Program-made: the position numbers and the translations under genes
DNA from: Eutreptiella sp. 'Long Island Sound 2002'
Lineage: Eukaryota; Protista; Euglenida
Assembly: GCA_964036045.1 (NCBI GenBank)
Contig: OZ038379.1
Location: 52,576,001-52,640,000 of the forward strand
Reading direction: 5' to 3'
Length of the DNA: 64,000 nucleotides
The notes under the pieces: generated by a model
The model's database searches: none
What the model was told of the DNA's origin: nothing
Seen by the model: the letters and a program-made list of their open reading frames with translations, nothing else
Shown here: positions 1 to 13,500 of the stretch, piece after piece
How positions within the stretch are numbered: position 1 is the first letter of the stretch
Layout of the letters: the number at the start of each line of letters is the position of its first letter

Positions 1-1847
1 CCGGGTGGAGTGGGGGGACGGCGGGGGCCGCACCAACCTAGTGAGGGTAACGGAGCTTGGGCGCATGTTAGGGCATGACCCCAACGTGGCGCTCTTGGTG
101 TTGATGGGGTTGGGTCGCTGGGAGGCAAAAAGGCATTCATGGGGCTGGACGTGCAGCGTGCACGGTGGGCGAGGGTGGCGGAAGAGGGGGACCGCAGCAA
201 CAGCAACAGCAACAACAGCAGCAAGAGGAGCAGCTGCTACTACAGCAGCAGCAGCAACATCAGTGGTGGTGGGAAGCCCCCCCCCCCCTTGCCAAGGGCA
301 TACCAAAGCCCCCTTCGGAGCCCCAAGAAGAAGGCGAGAGAAATTTTTTGAGAATGAGAGCGAAGGGGAAAAGGACCCCCACCCCAAAGCCAAGAAGGCC
401 CCTAAACCCAAACCCCAACCCAAAACCAAGGCGAAGCCCGCCCCACCCCCCTTGCGAGTAGGGGTCGCGACCCCCGAGGGAACACGTTGGGTGTGGGGGA
501 CACCCGGTACGTCCCTTGGGAGGAAGGGGGAACCATCAGCCAAGTGACGGTGCTGGCGGACTGGGATACCGACCTTGGGCCCCACAAATGGTGGGTGCTG
601 TCCCAGGGGTCCAATGGGGCTGGTGGGAAGAAGGGGAAGGGGAAGAGGAAAGAGGAAGGAGGGGGGCACCTTCCGGGTGCCCTCCTCCATCCTCTTCGCC
701 ACCCGGGAGGAGGCAGAGCAGCACCTCCGGGAGGTGATGGAGGAGAGCGAGGGGGGACAAAGGGGATGACAAGGGGGGGGGGGGGGGGTGACAAGGGCGA
801 CGACAAGGGGGCCGGGGGTGACAAGGGGGTTGGCAAGGGGAGGAAGGGGGGGTGGAAAAGAGAGGGACACAAGGGGTGACCGAGGGGCTTCCGGGAGCAA
901 GGATGCGCCCCGGCAACCCCCCAACAAGAAGTGGTGACCCGTGTGTCGCGACTCGCGAAAGGGGGCTGGGGGGCCAACCATGCTAATTGGGCTAACCCTC
1001 CACCAAGTGACCCGGTGCCTGCCCGCCAAGGTACCCTCCAAATGACCTATGGGGTAGGGGGGGTAACATGGGTAACTAGGGGGGGGGGGGGACTCCGTGA
1101 GCTCGATCCAGCATCGTGATTGGCCACGGCTGGCCATGGTAGCCGGGGCAGCTTCTCTTTGAGGAGTGGCGGAGCACTATACATATCGTTGTGCATGAAG
1201 GGATGCGGTGACTTAGGGAAGTGAGCATGTGGTCCAAAAAAAAGAACCCTCCACTCTTGGTTCGCGGCATCGAAAAATGGCCGCTCATAGCCGCTTCCCC
1301 ACCTACGCGTGGTGTGGATTCAAGAACACGATCTGGGGAAGAGGATTTTGCGTGCAGGGGAGGCCTGGTAGAGCAAGAAGAGGGAACCCGGCACTCAAGG
1401 GTTTGGGAAGACAAGGGAACAGGTGGAAGACGAGGGAAGAGGTGGAAAACGAGGCAAGAGGCGAAAAACGAGGAAAGAGGTGGAAGACGAGGGAAGAAGT
1501 AGAAATCGAGGCACTAGAAACATACTTCAACATCACCATAGGCAAATAGTGCCACCGCACAGCAACACAAATCAAGGCGCATGTTGCCCTGATTTTGGTC
1601 ATCCGGCAAACCAGCAAGGCGGAAAGAGCGCTCCACGACCGCGCTGGAAACTAGCATCCCAAGCAATGCCACCACCAGTTCCCGTAGCGGAGCCGCCAGG
1701 GCTGACCAAAATTGCATTGCGTCCCCAACTTGCTTGGCCTTTTGGCTATCCAATCAGCCCACATTTTGTCAGAGAAACCGTAGACCTCCTTATTTTTCTC
1801 ACACGTTGTATCACGGAGTGGCAGTTGCTTTGCATCAAATACCTATA

Positions 1848-4800
1848 AATTTGGTGTAGGGATGTGTCGCATCAGAACTCAATGCACCTGTTGGCCCCTG
1901 CTTGTGTGCCAAGATTTTTTGACTTTTAGTATGATGCATGCCATAGGTCCAAGTGTCCCAAATTCTGCACCTATTGGCCCCTGTTGATATGCCAGGGATT
2001 TTTCAGTTTAAACGGATGCATGCCATAGGTCCCAGTGTCCCAATTTCTGCACCTGTTGGCCCCTGCTGGTGCGCCAAGAAGTTTCAATTTCTAGTCTAAT
2101 GGGCGGTGGGAGGTGACTTGCAACGATTGGAAAAAATTGAGTGTCTCCTTGTGCTTCACCGTTTGCACTTCAAACTCAGCCACCACGTTGCAAACACCTT
2201 GCTTCAAGGCCTCGGGAGTAGATGCTTGCATTCTTTTCAACGCCTCCAAGACCCTCAATGACCAATGGGGTTCTTTTGCAAAATTCTTGAAAGACTAGAA
2301 GTGGGATGCCCATCGGAGTGCTGCCCCCATCGCCACTGTCTTGACACGGGACCGCAAAACATAGATCACGGTGGCAAACTCTTGTCTGTGGTCTACTGCA
2401 AATGCCAATTGTACGATAAATTCTCTTTCGGAACAGTCCAATAACTCATGCATCGTCTTCATTTGAAAACTTTTCTCCTGCTCCCTCGGGGACAAATGTG
2501 ACCACTCAGCTACACGCAGTGATGCCAGAATTCAATGTGTTGACACCACCATTCTGCACATTGCTGCCACACCGTCCATCGAGTGATCACCCACCAGGGG
2601 GGAACGGAGCGTCTCACCCCGTTTGCAGCCAAAAAAGCGAACCAACGGCAACGGCGGGCTGCATGGAGTTTCGGGTTTATATACGCTCGTGCGAAAATGT
2701 AAAGGTCGGAGACTTTCTTTAACCCCGGAGTATTAAGAATAGTCTTGGCAATGCTGTTCAACGTGTGGGCAAGGCACACTATGACACGTGCTTTTGGGGA
2801 GAGTTCTGATACAGACCTCACAATGGCAGCAACAACGGAAGCCCCATGACCAACAAACGCCGCAATCTCGGATGCGGCCAGCCCCAAGCGCCCAAGGGCA
2901 TCAAAAACCGTACAGTCGAATTCCGTGTGCTCAACGCCTATGAATATAGCACAGCCCACAGACCAGAAAGCACCACCGCATCACCGCATCGGTATGCATA
3001 TACAAACACACACCCTGGCCCAGCCCGGCGAATGATACCTTAGTTTGAAACCATGCATTGAAGTGCCGCAATGTCCACAACATATGGGGTGCGCCGCTGG
3101 AAGCGCTCCGCTGGAACCCCCCCCTTCTAGCAGAAAATTTGATCACATCTTGGTTTCCCGCACAAAACCTGTTGACTTGACCTAATGCACCCCCAAATGT
3201 CTTACACTATGACCCCCTTGCTAGTACAAATCTTGGCCGTTCCCGGTCACCCCGCCTTTGTGGAGCACTGGGGGGCACAAAAAACGCTCGAACCCCTGCT
3301 AGAACCCCCTTCTAGCGGGCTTCCAGCGACTTTTTAGGCCCCCTTCTAGCGTTGGAACCCCCGCTGGAACCCCCTTCCAGACCCCCTTCCAGCGCTGGAA
3401 GGGGGTTCCAGCGGGGGTTCCAGCGGGGGTTCCAGCGCCGGAACCCCCCCTTCCGGCACATACCCCAACTTCACAACAACACGGATTGGGGCCACAAACA
3501 CATTCAATGTGGATTGACTTGTTCAGCACAACATCCTTGCCGATCAACGGCGTTGTCGTTTCAAAAATGCATGACCCTTGCGTGCCACATAGTGACGCAA
3601 GCCAATTTGCATGGTCTCCATGTTGAGGACATGGCGCAAGCCCCGTTTTGACACACGGGGCTTTTGTAGCGACCATCCACGCATGGAGTTTTTCACCTGT
3701 ACCTTAAATTGGCGGTGCCGGTGTTCGGCCGGCACACTTGAAAACAAATATAACGTGCGATATTTGGCAAGGAAGTAGTGGGAATGGGCCACAGTCCAAT
3801 GGACCCATGGTGTGGGCTTCCAACCCAACGCTTGCCAACATGTGCCAATGCTTTGGCACAAAGTTTTGGCATACGCCACCTCAACATCTGTTAGGGGTTC
3901 CTTCTTACGCCATAGCTTTTGAAGTGCACAAAAATCGCGCAAAAAAACAGCAACTAGAACATACATACGTACACCGTTGCAAACAATAGTTGGAAAGTGG
4001 GTTTGGAGGGCGGAGATAATCGGTAATCGGGAGATCGGTGCTGGAACCCCCGCTGGAACCCCCGCTGGAACCCCTTCCAGCGCTGGAACCCCCCCCCTTG
4101 CCGCGCTGGAACCCCCCCTTCCAGCGCTGGAACCCCCCCCTTCTAGCGCTGGAACCCCCCTTCCAGCGGAGTGCTGGAAGGGGTTCCAGCGGGGGTTCCA
4201 GCGGTTTTGAACCTACCTTAAATTAAGCACCCGGGCAACGGCACACCTTGTTTCCACCACAAACGAACACCATACACAACATATTTGCACCCCGAGTGAA
4301 TGTCTAATGGTAACCTCCACCCACCATGTGTGCCAAAATGGGGGGGGGTTCCAGCGGAGCGCTTCCAGCGGCGCACCCCATACGCCTCAGACCCATGGCC
4401 AACAAGTACATCAACAATGGCATTCCCGTAGTCATCAGTCCTCTCATCAAAACCCGGCCAAGTTTGCGGGACCTCCTTCAATCCTTCATGTGTCCGCCGT
4501 CGACGAATAGCACGTGAGTGCTCACCATACACCGTCACCGTTAAAATCATCGTATCCTTGCGCAATGTAGAGGCTTCATGCACACAACCTTCTACCTGCG
4601 TGTATTTCTTCAAAAATTCAGCAATTGACGGATGATCAAATTTCTCCAGGGGTATCCTAGCACCCAAAAAAGCAGCGGCAACATCCACATTGATATTTGC
4701 AATAATCTCGGGCCGCGTCTGAGGTGGAGTGCCACCGTCAGACTCCTTCGCCAAAGCTGCCCAAAATGGCAGATTGACCCCTGATTTGCTCTTCAACAGG

Positions 4801-5469
4801 TGCTTGGCGCCTACAAAACAATCGAGGAATGTAAACACATTTCACACGTCCAGACAGAGGCAACGGGTCCAAGGATGGCGGTAGGTACCCTTGAACTTGG
4901 CCTCGAAAGAGCGGCATACGAGGCGTAGATGGCAAGGATTGGAAACTTTCATGTCACCGCTTGCCACATTGTTCTGGTCATGGTGGACTGGAACGCTGCA
5001 GCATATCCACCACATGACACATCACGATCGTCAAAGACACCAGGGTGCTTGGATGCCCGCTGAGTAGCAGTAACCTTCGTACAATAATGACTCGCAGCCC
5101 TTGCCTTCTTTGCACTTGGGTTCTTTTGTTTTGGAGAGGATGCAGGTGCCTTCCTTTTCCCTATGGAGACGAAGAGCGAAAGGACAAAAAAAAGGCTTGC
5201 CACATAAAGAGCACAAGGATACATACACAGGCCACAAAGAGGACTTCTGTAACTTGCACTAGTAAACCCAACCTTGTGGCAGAGCTAGCCCCCAAAACAG
5301 CACAAAAACAACCTAAGAATAATGGTACTTTTTGTTCTCAATGCCAAATAACGGTTAAAAAATCGGTGAAAGTTACGAGCAAGGTACGGATCATAATCCG
5401 GGCCTGTCGTAGAGGAGGATCATAAAGCCCACAACAACACCGACTGATCGCTCACAACCCACACCAATT
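1848..5469 (-). mobile_element. Degenerate hAT DNA transposon (CGGBP1-like transposase), interrupted by a nested element
   Basis: Fragments TATQRASKHPGVF (5224-4949), IPLEKFDHPSIAEFLKKY...DERTDDYGNAIVDVLVG (4838-4383), VCLAHTLNS and VITRWTVW (2959-2510); imperfect TIRs 1848-1875 / 5444-5469; ~60-bp subterminal repeats 1883-2080; no 8-bp TSD seen. Confidence 0.75.
3085..4380 (-). mobile_element. Element Z: 1.3-kb non-autonomous TIR transposon with TA TSD and a Transib/Chapaev-type C-terminal transposase fragment
   Basis: TIR TGGGGTGCGCCGCTGGAAGCGCTCCGCTGGAACCCC at both ends; TA at 3083-3084 and 4381-4382; GCTGGAACCCC arrays at ~3290-3445 and ~4040-4200; ORF 3544-3966 contains KPTPWVHWTVAHS...FSSVPAEHRH. 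Confidence 0.8.
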
Positions 5470-7949
5470 CTTTATCAGATTGACAGCCTTCAAGGGCCCT
5501 GAATAAGCCATGTGAACCCTAAACGCTCATCAACTACGGTTCCTTGTGTATCCTTAAGCAATTGCTTGCCACTGGTCCACCCTGAGTGCCGTGCACGAAG
5601 GTTTAATTCATAAACTCGGCCTGAGATCCCAAAACCCGACTATGCTTGCCCCTTGAGTGTGGGTTTGCATGCACCCATCCCCTGCAGCAATAAATGCAAG
5701 CAGCCCTCGGTGATGGCAACATCAGCACAACAGCTATCGCTTGGATAGTGCAGTGACATGGATTAACACATGCACCTCTCCACAATATGTGTCCCCCATG
5801 CAACCCATTGAAGCTTCCGCATTGCAAAGCATTATCGTGACCTTGATTACTGCTCGGCATGTATTCCTCGAGACACATGAAATGCCATGTGCAACAGCGT
5901 GAATAGTTTGCTAGCAGGGGAACAAATGGAAACTGCACAACGTACTGACCACTGCCCCTTGACCCTCATCAACCCTTCGTAGGCGCCCTCTTTCCTTCTC
6001 GCCAATGCTCATCCGCTCCCAAACCCCCATGAATCACCGGAACCTATGACTTTGACATGGTGCACTTCTGCCCAGGTTGTTGAGTGAGTACTCAAGTGAC
6101 CCAGATTAAAAGCAAATTGTTAGTTTCAAATTTTGAATAAATGAACGGGTTAATATATAAATCGGCCAAATATTAACAAAGTGACGTTCGATTTTTTTTG
6201 TTTGGGTCATTTGTACCCTTTTTTTTCATGCACATATGGCGACCTCCAAGGGGTGTTATGTGGTACATTGCTGCACAAAAGGATAGTGGAGAGGTTCCAA
6301 TGTTGGGCGGTTGGGTGTCTTGGGCACCCCCCCTTCCCATTGCCCACTATCCTCCCCACTCCCCACACTCCCCACACTCCCCACCACCATCTTGTCCAGT
6401 GTAGCTTGTGTTATGTGTTTCTCTCGGGACACCCTTCTTCAGCTTAGCATGACGCTTACGCGTTCGAGTGGGGCCAAGAGTTTGCGTGACCCTTTGGTCT
6501 CACAAGTCCTTGGTAGGTGGGTGGCTTCCTCCCCTTTCGCTCGGGGCCGTTGGGCCGAGGCCACGGAGATTACCAACCTCCCCAGCATTCGCAACAAGCA
6601 AATGGCGACGATGAAGCGGTATGCCTCCCTCCTCTTCCCGGCCCCGGAACTCATTAGGCTACTCATGGACTTGAATGTCCCCAAGCTCAGCTTCGGCCAC
6701 GTGTCAGAGATCACACAAGACAAAGCACCAAATCAGTTCAACAACACACCTCTGGCTGATCAACACTTCAGAGTGCTGCTACCGCCCTCGGCGTTGTCAA
6801 TAGTATCAATTGCATAAGAATGTATGGCCAAAATGCCACAGGCCTTAGTGGACACTGTCCAAGGAACCCGCTGAGCCTTCGGGACACCACACAAACCCAA
6901 GCTCACACTAGCATGCACACATGTGACAGAGCATGCAAGTCGCCACAATCTCCTTAAAACATTAGACAAACAATACCCAAACCACGCTGCCAAATTCCAT
7001 CGGCTCCCGCCACTGAAACACACGCCTTCATTCCACTCTACAAAAGGCGGGGGTGGGGGCGGGTGGTGGGAACACAATAAATTTTCAACAAATTTGTACA
7101 CAACAATAGATGTAATCCCCCGTTCAAGAAAGACAAGTGGGCAAGTAAAACAAGGGATCACACAAGACAAAGCACCAAATGAGTTCAGCAATACACCTCT
7201 GGTACTCCTCATCCTCTCTTCCCATATCACATGAACAAAGCGTGACACCACGACACCAACCAAACCCGCTGCTCACCATGGAAATCAGCGCCGGCCGCTC
7301 AGCAGCTAAACAGCCACGGCGCCCGGCGCCAATATGCCAAAGCAACACACCAAAATGCTTACATGAGCTCACATCAAATGAAATATATATGCCACAGGGC
7401 GCACGAGCATCTGAGAGCCTTGCACGCAAATGTATCGCAACTGTACACCCCCAATCAGGCAGTTGGAGGATAGCGATACATATATGGCGCAAGTGCCCAC
7501 GCGCACGCGCCAACGATGCGTGCAAAGGTGGCTACCGGCATACTTAACATCGGGGCTCCCCTACGTCTTGAACAGTTGCTCGGCGTGGCATTGGAGGCGC
7601 TGCCCCAAGTCTTTTGCTGCCAACTCCAACAGCCCGGGCGCTTCGTCGCGCGCATACACGCCGTCAAACACCAACCGCGCCTGTGTCTCCAACCATATGC
7701 GGCGCACCGGTCTCCACGCCAATCGCCTGGCCCGCACTGCACACATGTGTAGACACGCACGCTCGCGCCTACGCTCCAGGGCCTGCGCCGAACGGTGGTG
7801 GTGCTGGCGGCCCCTGCGGTGCCGGCGGCTCCGGCCACGACGTGGCATATGACGACGCGGCATATGAATGGACGCTATGCAAAAAAAAGAAGCACCCCAA
7901 AAAAAGAGGTACTACAGGATCAAACCATCCACCTGCTGCACTTCCTCTG

Positions 7950-9900
7950 GATGATGAAGTAGTAGGCTCCACAAACGATAAGCCTGGCTACGCACACGCT
8001 GCATACTAGACTAATGATTTGAATCCGTCCTACTTGGCGGATCAGCCGGTTGTAATACCCCTAGCACCAAGTGCACCTCCACAATCAAGGGATGTTGCGT
8101 CAGACGCAACACGAAGGCACGCAACAGTCGCTAATGCCTATTCAAACACGTGGTAGCTCTCAGGGACAAAAATTGGCACGCCGCCACTTGAGAATCGGTC
8201 ACTAAAACAACATAAAACCATCCCAGTCGCACAGCCAACCGTACCAACGAAACCAAAATCCAAAGCTCGGCACTTTGCCGTGTGTGCCTTTCCAAGGGAA
8301 TAACCCGCGAACGAATACCCGATAGCTTCGGTATAAAACCCCTCCCCCGGTATCACATAACATCCAGCGCCGCATCACCAAACATCACACAGTGACGCAG
8401 CGCCAACAAATCAAGCACCGCCGACAGAGAATGGCAAATCGCAATACGCGCCAGCGCGGGCGGCTCCCATGGAACCATACACCGGACAATAGCAGTACAT
8501 AGCCCATGGAGTACTTTGCAAGGCGTGGGGCGCCCAAACCCCCCCAACCGGTCACAGCAATAGCTTCCTGCAACAAGGGGGCCCCCTCCCAAATGCGGTC
8601 GGAAATGCCAGTGGATGAACCTCAAGGCCTTTGAAAGCAAGCGGGATGACGGGCGGGATCGGGTGGCCAAACGCAACCAGATGTTAAACATCTGTAGAAC
8701 AGCCTGTGGGTGGGACCAGATCATGCGCACACCTAGGTTGACGTATTCACCTAAGAAAAAAACCTTAGTAATTGGCTCCGGGGTGCTTATAGCCGACACG
8801 AGGAACCCTGCCTCCTCCAAGGCCCGCACCACAGGCATTGTGATGGCGCAAAAACGCACCGGGTCTGGCTCTAGGATGAGAAAATCATCCAGGTAGTGGA
8901 AAAGTAGGTAACCATCCGGTATCAAGGGCCGCACGATATGGCTTAGGGATGTCTAGCAAAACATCGGGGAGTGTTTCCCCCCAAATGGCATCCGGGACAT
9001 ACAAAAAATTCTATCCCCACCCTCCCACCGCAAACGGAAACGAAAAGCCCTCGCATGTCGTCGCGGCAATGTAAAGCTCCGGCAGGCATTTTCCAAATCA
9101 ACATGCGCATAGATCAACGGTCTATTCGCCGGCCACTCCGACTTGCGCGAAATCTGCTCCCACCCATCCAACGAGAAGGACGCCGGCCTCTGCAAACGCT
9201 CATTCAATTCCACCAAGTTAAAAATCAGCGACACTTTCTCGGTGGTCTTAGGTATTATGAAACGTCAGCACGTGGCCCTCGGTGGGCAGCCTCTATCCAT
9301 AATGTTCACCACCACCCCGTTCAGGAGCCAACGAACCATGGGTAAAACTATGTTCTCCATAGTCAAGGACTAAACATCGCGAGGCAAGGAAAACTATGAA
9401 ATAGAGGCCTCAAAATTTGTAGGGGCTAGCTGATGCCACAACTCGTCAAATATCTCATAATTACCTACCGTACCCAGCCCGAGCCCAACCAATTCGGGAT
9501 CCACCTTGCGCAACTCAAGCATAGGTGATGTGGATAGGTGCAACCACGCATCCCAAGAGTCCGAAGTAAAATCCTCCAGGACATCAAAAATGACATCCGG
9601 CGCCAACGTGAGTCCAAAATCGTCATAGGTGACAAACATTCGCAGGATACACATATGCAGGCGCTGGATAAGCAACAACACACTTCAAGACAACGCCCGG
9701 TGAAGCCAAGGCTGGAAAGAAAAGAACATACCCAAAAAACCAACAAACAGTGGTACTGGGTCACACCTAACATACAACGGGTTACACCCACGCAACGGCC
9801 ACACACCTTGATCCGACGGGGCAAGCACCTGCAAGGACCCCCGCGCCGATCTCAGCACAGGGTCACAGGCAGATGGGATTCCGCGAATCACTCCCTCTGG
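7950..9900 (-). pseudogene. Degenerate DIRS/Ngaro-type RT-RNase H
   Basis: RFIIPKTTEKVSLIFNLVELN, VDLENA, RMPFGGKHSP, HYLDDFLI, FLGEYVNL and FGDAA motifs across frameshifted ORFs 8953-9234 and 8353-8934. Confidence 0.75.
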
Positions 9901-10530
9901 GCGCACTTCCAAGAGACCCCGCCACCCCCCTCACTCGACCCCGCCCCTGTGCCCTGGCCCTGCCGCTTACTTTGGGGACGCAAAGGCGCTTTGGGGGGGG
10001 GGGGGGGGGCGTGAAAGCCCACCAGGTTGCCGTCTCTTGGGGGTAGGCCGGCGGGTCCTCGCAGAACCCAAGCCCACCGACGCGCTCGCCGCACGATGCC
10101 GTCGGATAAGTAGGGACCAACAACCATCCTGTTGACCCTCGTTGTGTTGGTGCCACCTCCACCTATCGTACCGACTCCCGGGGCCTGGGCAGAACTCCTG
10201 GCACGCCTCGCCCGCTTTGCTCCAACCCCGGTCGGAGGTTGGGATCCTCGTGTGAACTCTGCGGAGACGGACTCGGATGTTGTGGTGGCGGCGGAGACAG
10301 CCGGTGCACCCCGGGCAGACGCCGGGGACTCTCCACACCCGGAGGACGCGGACGAAACACGCCGTATAATCAGAATCAGATCCAGCTCCTTTTGAGCCTC
10401 CGCAATATCCATATCAGCAAGAGATACAACACGCCCCGCGCGGACAGATACCACCGACGCAGCACCGGTGGTGGATCTCTCAGATTTGGCATACATGGCA
10501 TCGACCCACAGGTCCGCCAAGCCCTTGGTA

Positions 10531-13500
10531 CCTGTATGAAAGGTAGTTTTGTTCATCATAAATGGTTTTATGAAATATGAACGGATTTTGCTCTTGCTAG
10601 GGTACCCGTGGGCCATTTTCGTTCAAAATTGGGGGGGTTGGGTCAACACCCTTGAGGTGAGTTTTTTTCGTCCGCCGGGGGGTTTTTGGAAAGTTTGCCA
10701 TTTTCGCCAATTGTTGAAAATTATGAAAACATCCTCCCCTGTTCATAATTCCGTTCATAGTTCAGTTCATAATTGAGAACTCGTTTTATGAACGCGATGA
10801 GCCTTTTATGAACGCGTTTTATGAACGGATGCACAGGCACACAAAAATCGCTCAAGCTTCAATCTTTGCTCTACTTGCTTGTCCTTGCTTGTCCTTGCTT
10901 GTTCATGCCGCCCGAAACCTCAAGGCTGGGGCCAGTTGGGTCATGCCAAAGGGGGGCCGTGGCCTAGGTTTCACCCCCGTCCGGGGCCTAGGCATGGGCT
11001 TGGGCAGGTGGTTGGCCTGCGGGTTTGGCCGGGGGGTGCGCTAGGGCATCCACCTCCATGGGCCCACACAGCACCTCCCCAGCAAAGCCCCCCCCCCCCG
11101 GCCGAGAAGCCCAAACCCCCCGCCGTGCCCCCCCCCCCCCCAAACCCACGCAACCCAAAAAGCCCCCCCCCTCCGAAGCGCAAGTCCTGCAAATCGGGCA
11201 GCAGCTCATCGTCGCACTAGGCACACCCCGATGGACATGGGAAGGGGTTGAAGGGGAAGCAGCCGCGGCAGCAAAAGAGACGCGAGGAACCCCCCTCTTT
11301 GGAGGGGGATTAGTCACCTCACCCCCTGCTTGGTGAACAGGTGTATGTGCCCTACACCGATGGTGTCTACGCGGGGGTTGTAACCTCGGTTGCGGCGGGG
11401 TAAAGGGGGAGAGTGTGGGTGGAACACCCAGGCGAAAAGTCAATGTTTCGGGTTGAGCGGCATCTGTGGTATGCCTCTCATGCTGCAGCAGTGACCCATT
11501 GGGAGCAGCCGAAGGCTGCAGCTGTAGGTAAGAAGGCCGCCAAGGCCAAAAAGAAGCCTAACCCCAAACCGGACGGTGACCCGCCGGTTGAGCCGGCCCC
11601 CAAGCCAGCTAATCCTGAACCCAAGCCTGAGGCTGAGCTGGACAACAGGATCTTCTCGTCAGCACAACCCTTCCACCCCAACTCCCCTAGGCTCGCCCAG
11701 CAGGGCGTATTCGCCGCCCACGTGTCCGTTAGGCGGCGGGAGCGCTTCCACTCCCGCAGCCCGGAGAGGATGGCGCATCCCCTTTGGGGGTTGAGGAGCA
11801 GCAGCTGGTACGGGGCGGACAAGGCGATGCTGAACTCGGCGGTGCCCAACCGGTACCGGATGCAGACCCCCGCGACCTCCGCCGGGTTCACTTCCACGTC
11901 CACGACCTGTGACAGTGCCGTTCATCCCGCGTCCATAAAACACGTGCATAAAAGGCGTTCATGGTTCATAAACGGGCAGTGCAGGGTTGCTGAATGATGA
12001 ATGTTGAAGTATGAACGAATTATGAACGAATTGTGAACACACATACCTCAAAATCCGGTTCTGGTCTGATAGTCCCCATGGTGCCTAGGGCAGTCCGCAC
12101 ATTCGCAGCTGCGCTGGGAGGGGTGCCCTGGGGGGCGCCGGGGGGGCCGTGGTGCTGCTGGTGGCCGGGGCTGCGCGGCCAAAGGGCTTGATGGGGCGCG
12201 TGATGGCGAGGCCCTCCACGGCCCCCTCGTACGAGGCCTCCTGCCCCGGGTCATACACCCCCCCCAAAATGGATTCCGACTGGGGGATGCACTCCAACCT
12301 GTGCCCGGAGCGTTGCAGCTTCACCCACCCCCTTTACTCCCAGTGGAGGAACAACAGCTCCCAATGGGAGCCCCGCATCAAGGCCCCCCGTGGCCCCGAA
12401 AAAACTTTGGACTGCGTCAAATCCCCACCCCCAATTGGTTCAGGGATGGGGGATAGGGGCTTTCCCGGCAGGGACTTCCATGCCCATACCCCCCCCGTGT
12501 ACCGCAAGCCCCCCCCCCCCCCCCTCACCCGTGTTGTGGATGCGGTGCCGCAAAAGGCGGCGAAAGGCCAAGCGCAGGGTGACATAAGTCACCTCGGGGC
12601 TCGAAAAAGGGGGGGCATCGGGGGAGTACCCACTGTCCAGCGCTCCTTGCGCCCTGGGAGGGTACAGCACGTTGCGTTGGTTGGCGTGGCTGAGGCCCCA
12701 CGCATGGCCGGCCTCCCCCTCAACCACGGGGTCACGACCAAAACCCCTTCCCCCCCCTGCGCCCCCCCCCCCCCCCTGCCATGTCCTCGATCTCGGCCTT
12801 CACCTCCTCAATGTTGGCCACGGCCTCCTCCTCCTTCACCCCCCTCCCGCCCACTGCCTCCTTCTTCTTCCTCTTCTCCTCCTTCTTCTTCTCCTTCTTC
12901 CTCCTCTTCCTCTCCTGCTCCGAGGAGTCTGTTGACTCCTCACTCGAGGAGTCGGCGGCGGGTCGGGAGGCGAGGTGAGCGGCATGGGGTTGGGGATGGG
13001 CTTGAGGAGGCGGAGGAGCTTCAGGTGGAGGTGGAGGTGGAGGCTCAGCTGGAGCTGGAGCATGGGCTGCCAGTCGTGGCTCCTGTGGACATGGGGGACG
13101 CTGTTCATAAATCGTTCATAAAAGCGGTTCATAATTCATCAGTTCATAAATCCGTTCATAATTCATTTATGAGGGCAGTTTCGGTTTTATGAACGCCGAA
13201 TTATGAACTCAATATGAATGCGAACAACAACACACAGACAGCATGCCACCACGGCCAGGGTCGCCTTCTGGCTCTCCTCCGGCAGCTTCCTCAGCTCGGC
13301 GGCGTCCATGGATGGGCGAAGAGTAATAAAGCTGGGTCGCAGAGGGCACGTGGGTGGAGGGTGCTTGGGGGGTGGTGCTTAGAAGTGATGCGGCGGTGCA
13401 CGCCGCAGTGAGTGGGATGATATAGTGCAACAACGGCAGGTCAAAGGTTAGAAACCACCATTCCCAAACCTGCTGGACGACCATTGCTTCCCGTTCCACT

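Noticed and set aside
165-461. Poly-Q ORF as a host gene
   Set aside because: A CAG/CAA microsatellite read in several frames within a decayed accessory region; no splice or codon support
1410-1510. Short GAGGAAGAGGTGGAA tandem repeat ORFs
   Set aside because: Simple purine-rich minisatellite with no coding evidence
6311-6817. Tyrosine recombinase from the LGRW motif (also 5-130)
   Set aside because: No HxxR upstream or catalytic Tyr downstream
12149-13192. 347-aa plus-strand ORF
   Set aside because: Low-complexity antisense of the minus-strand accessory gene in GC-rich DNA
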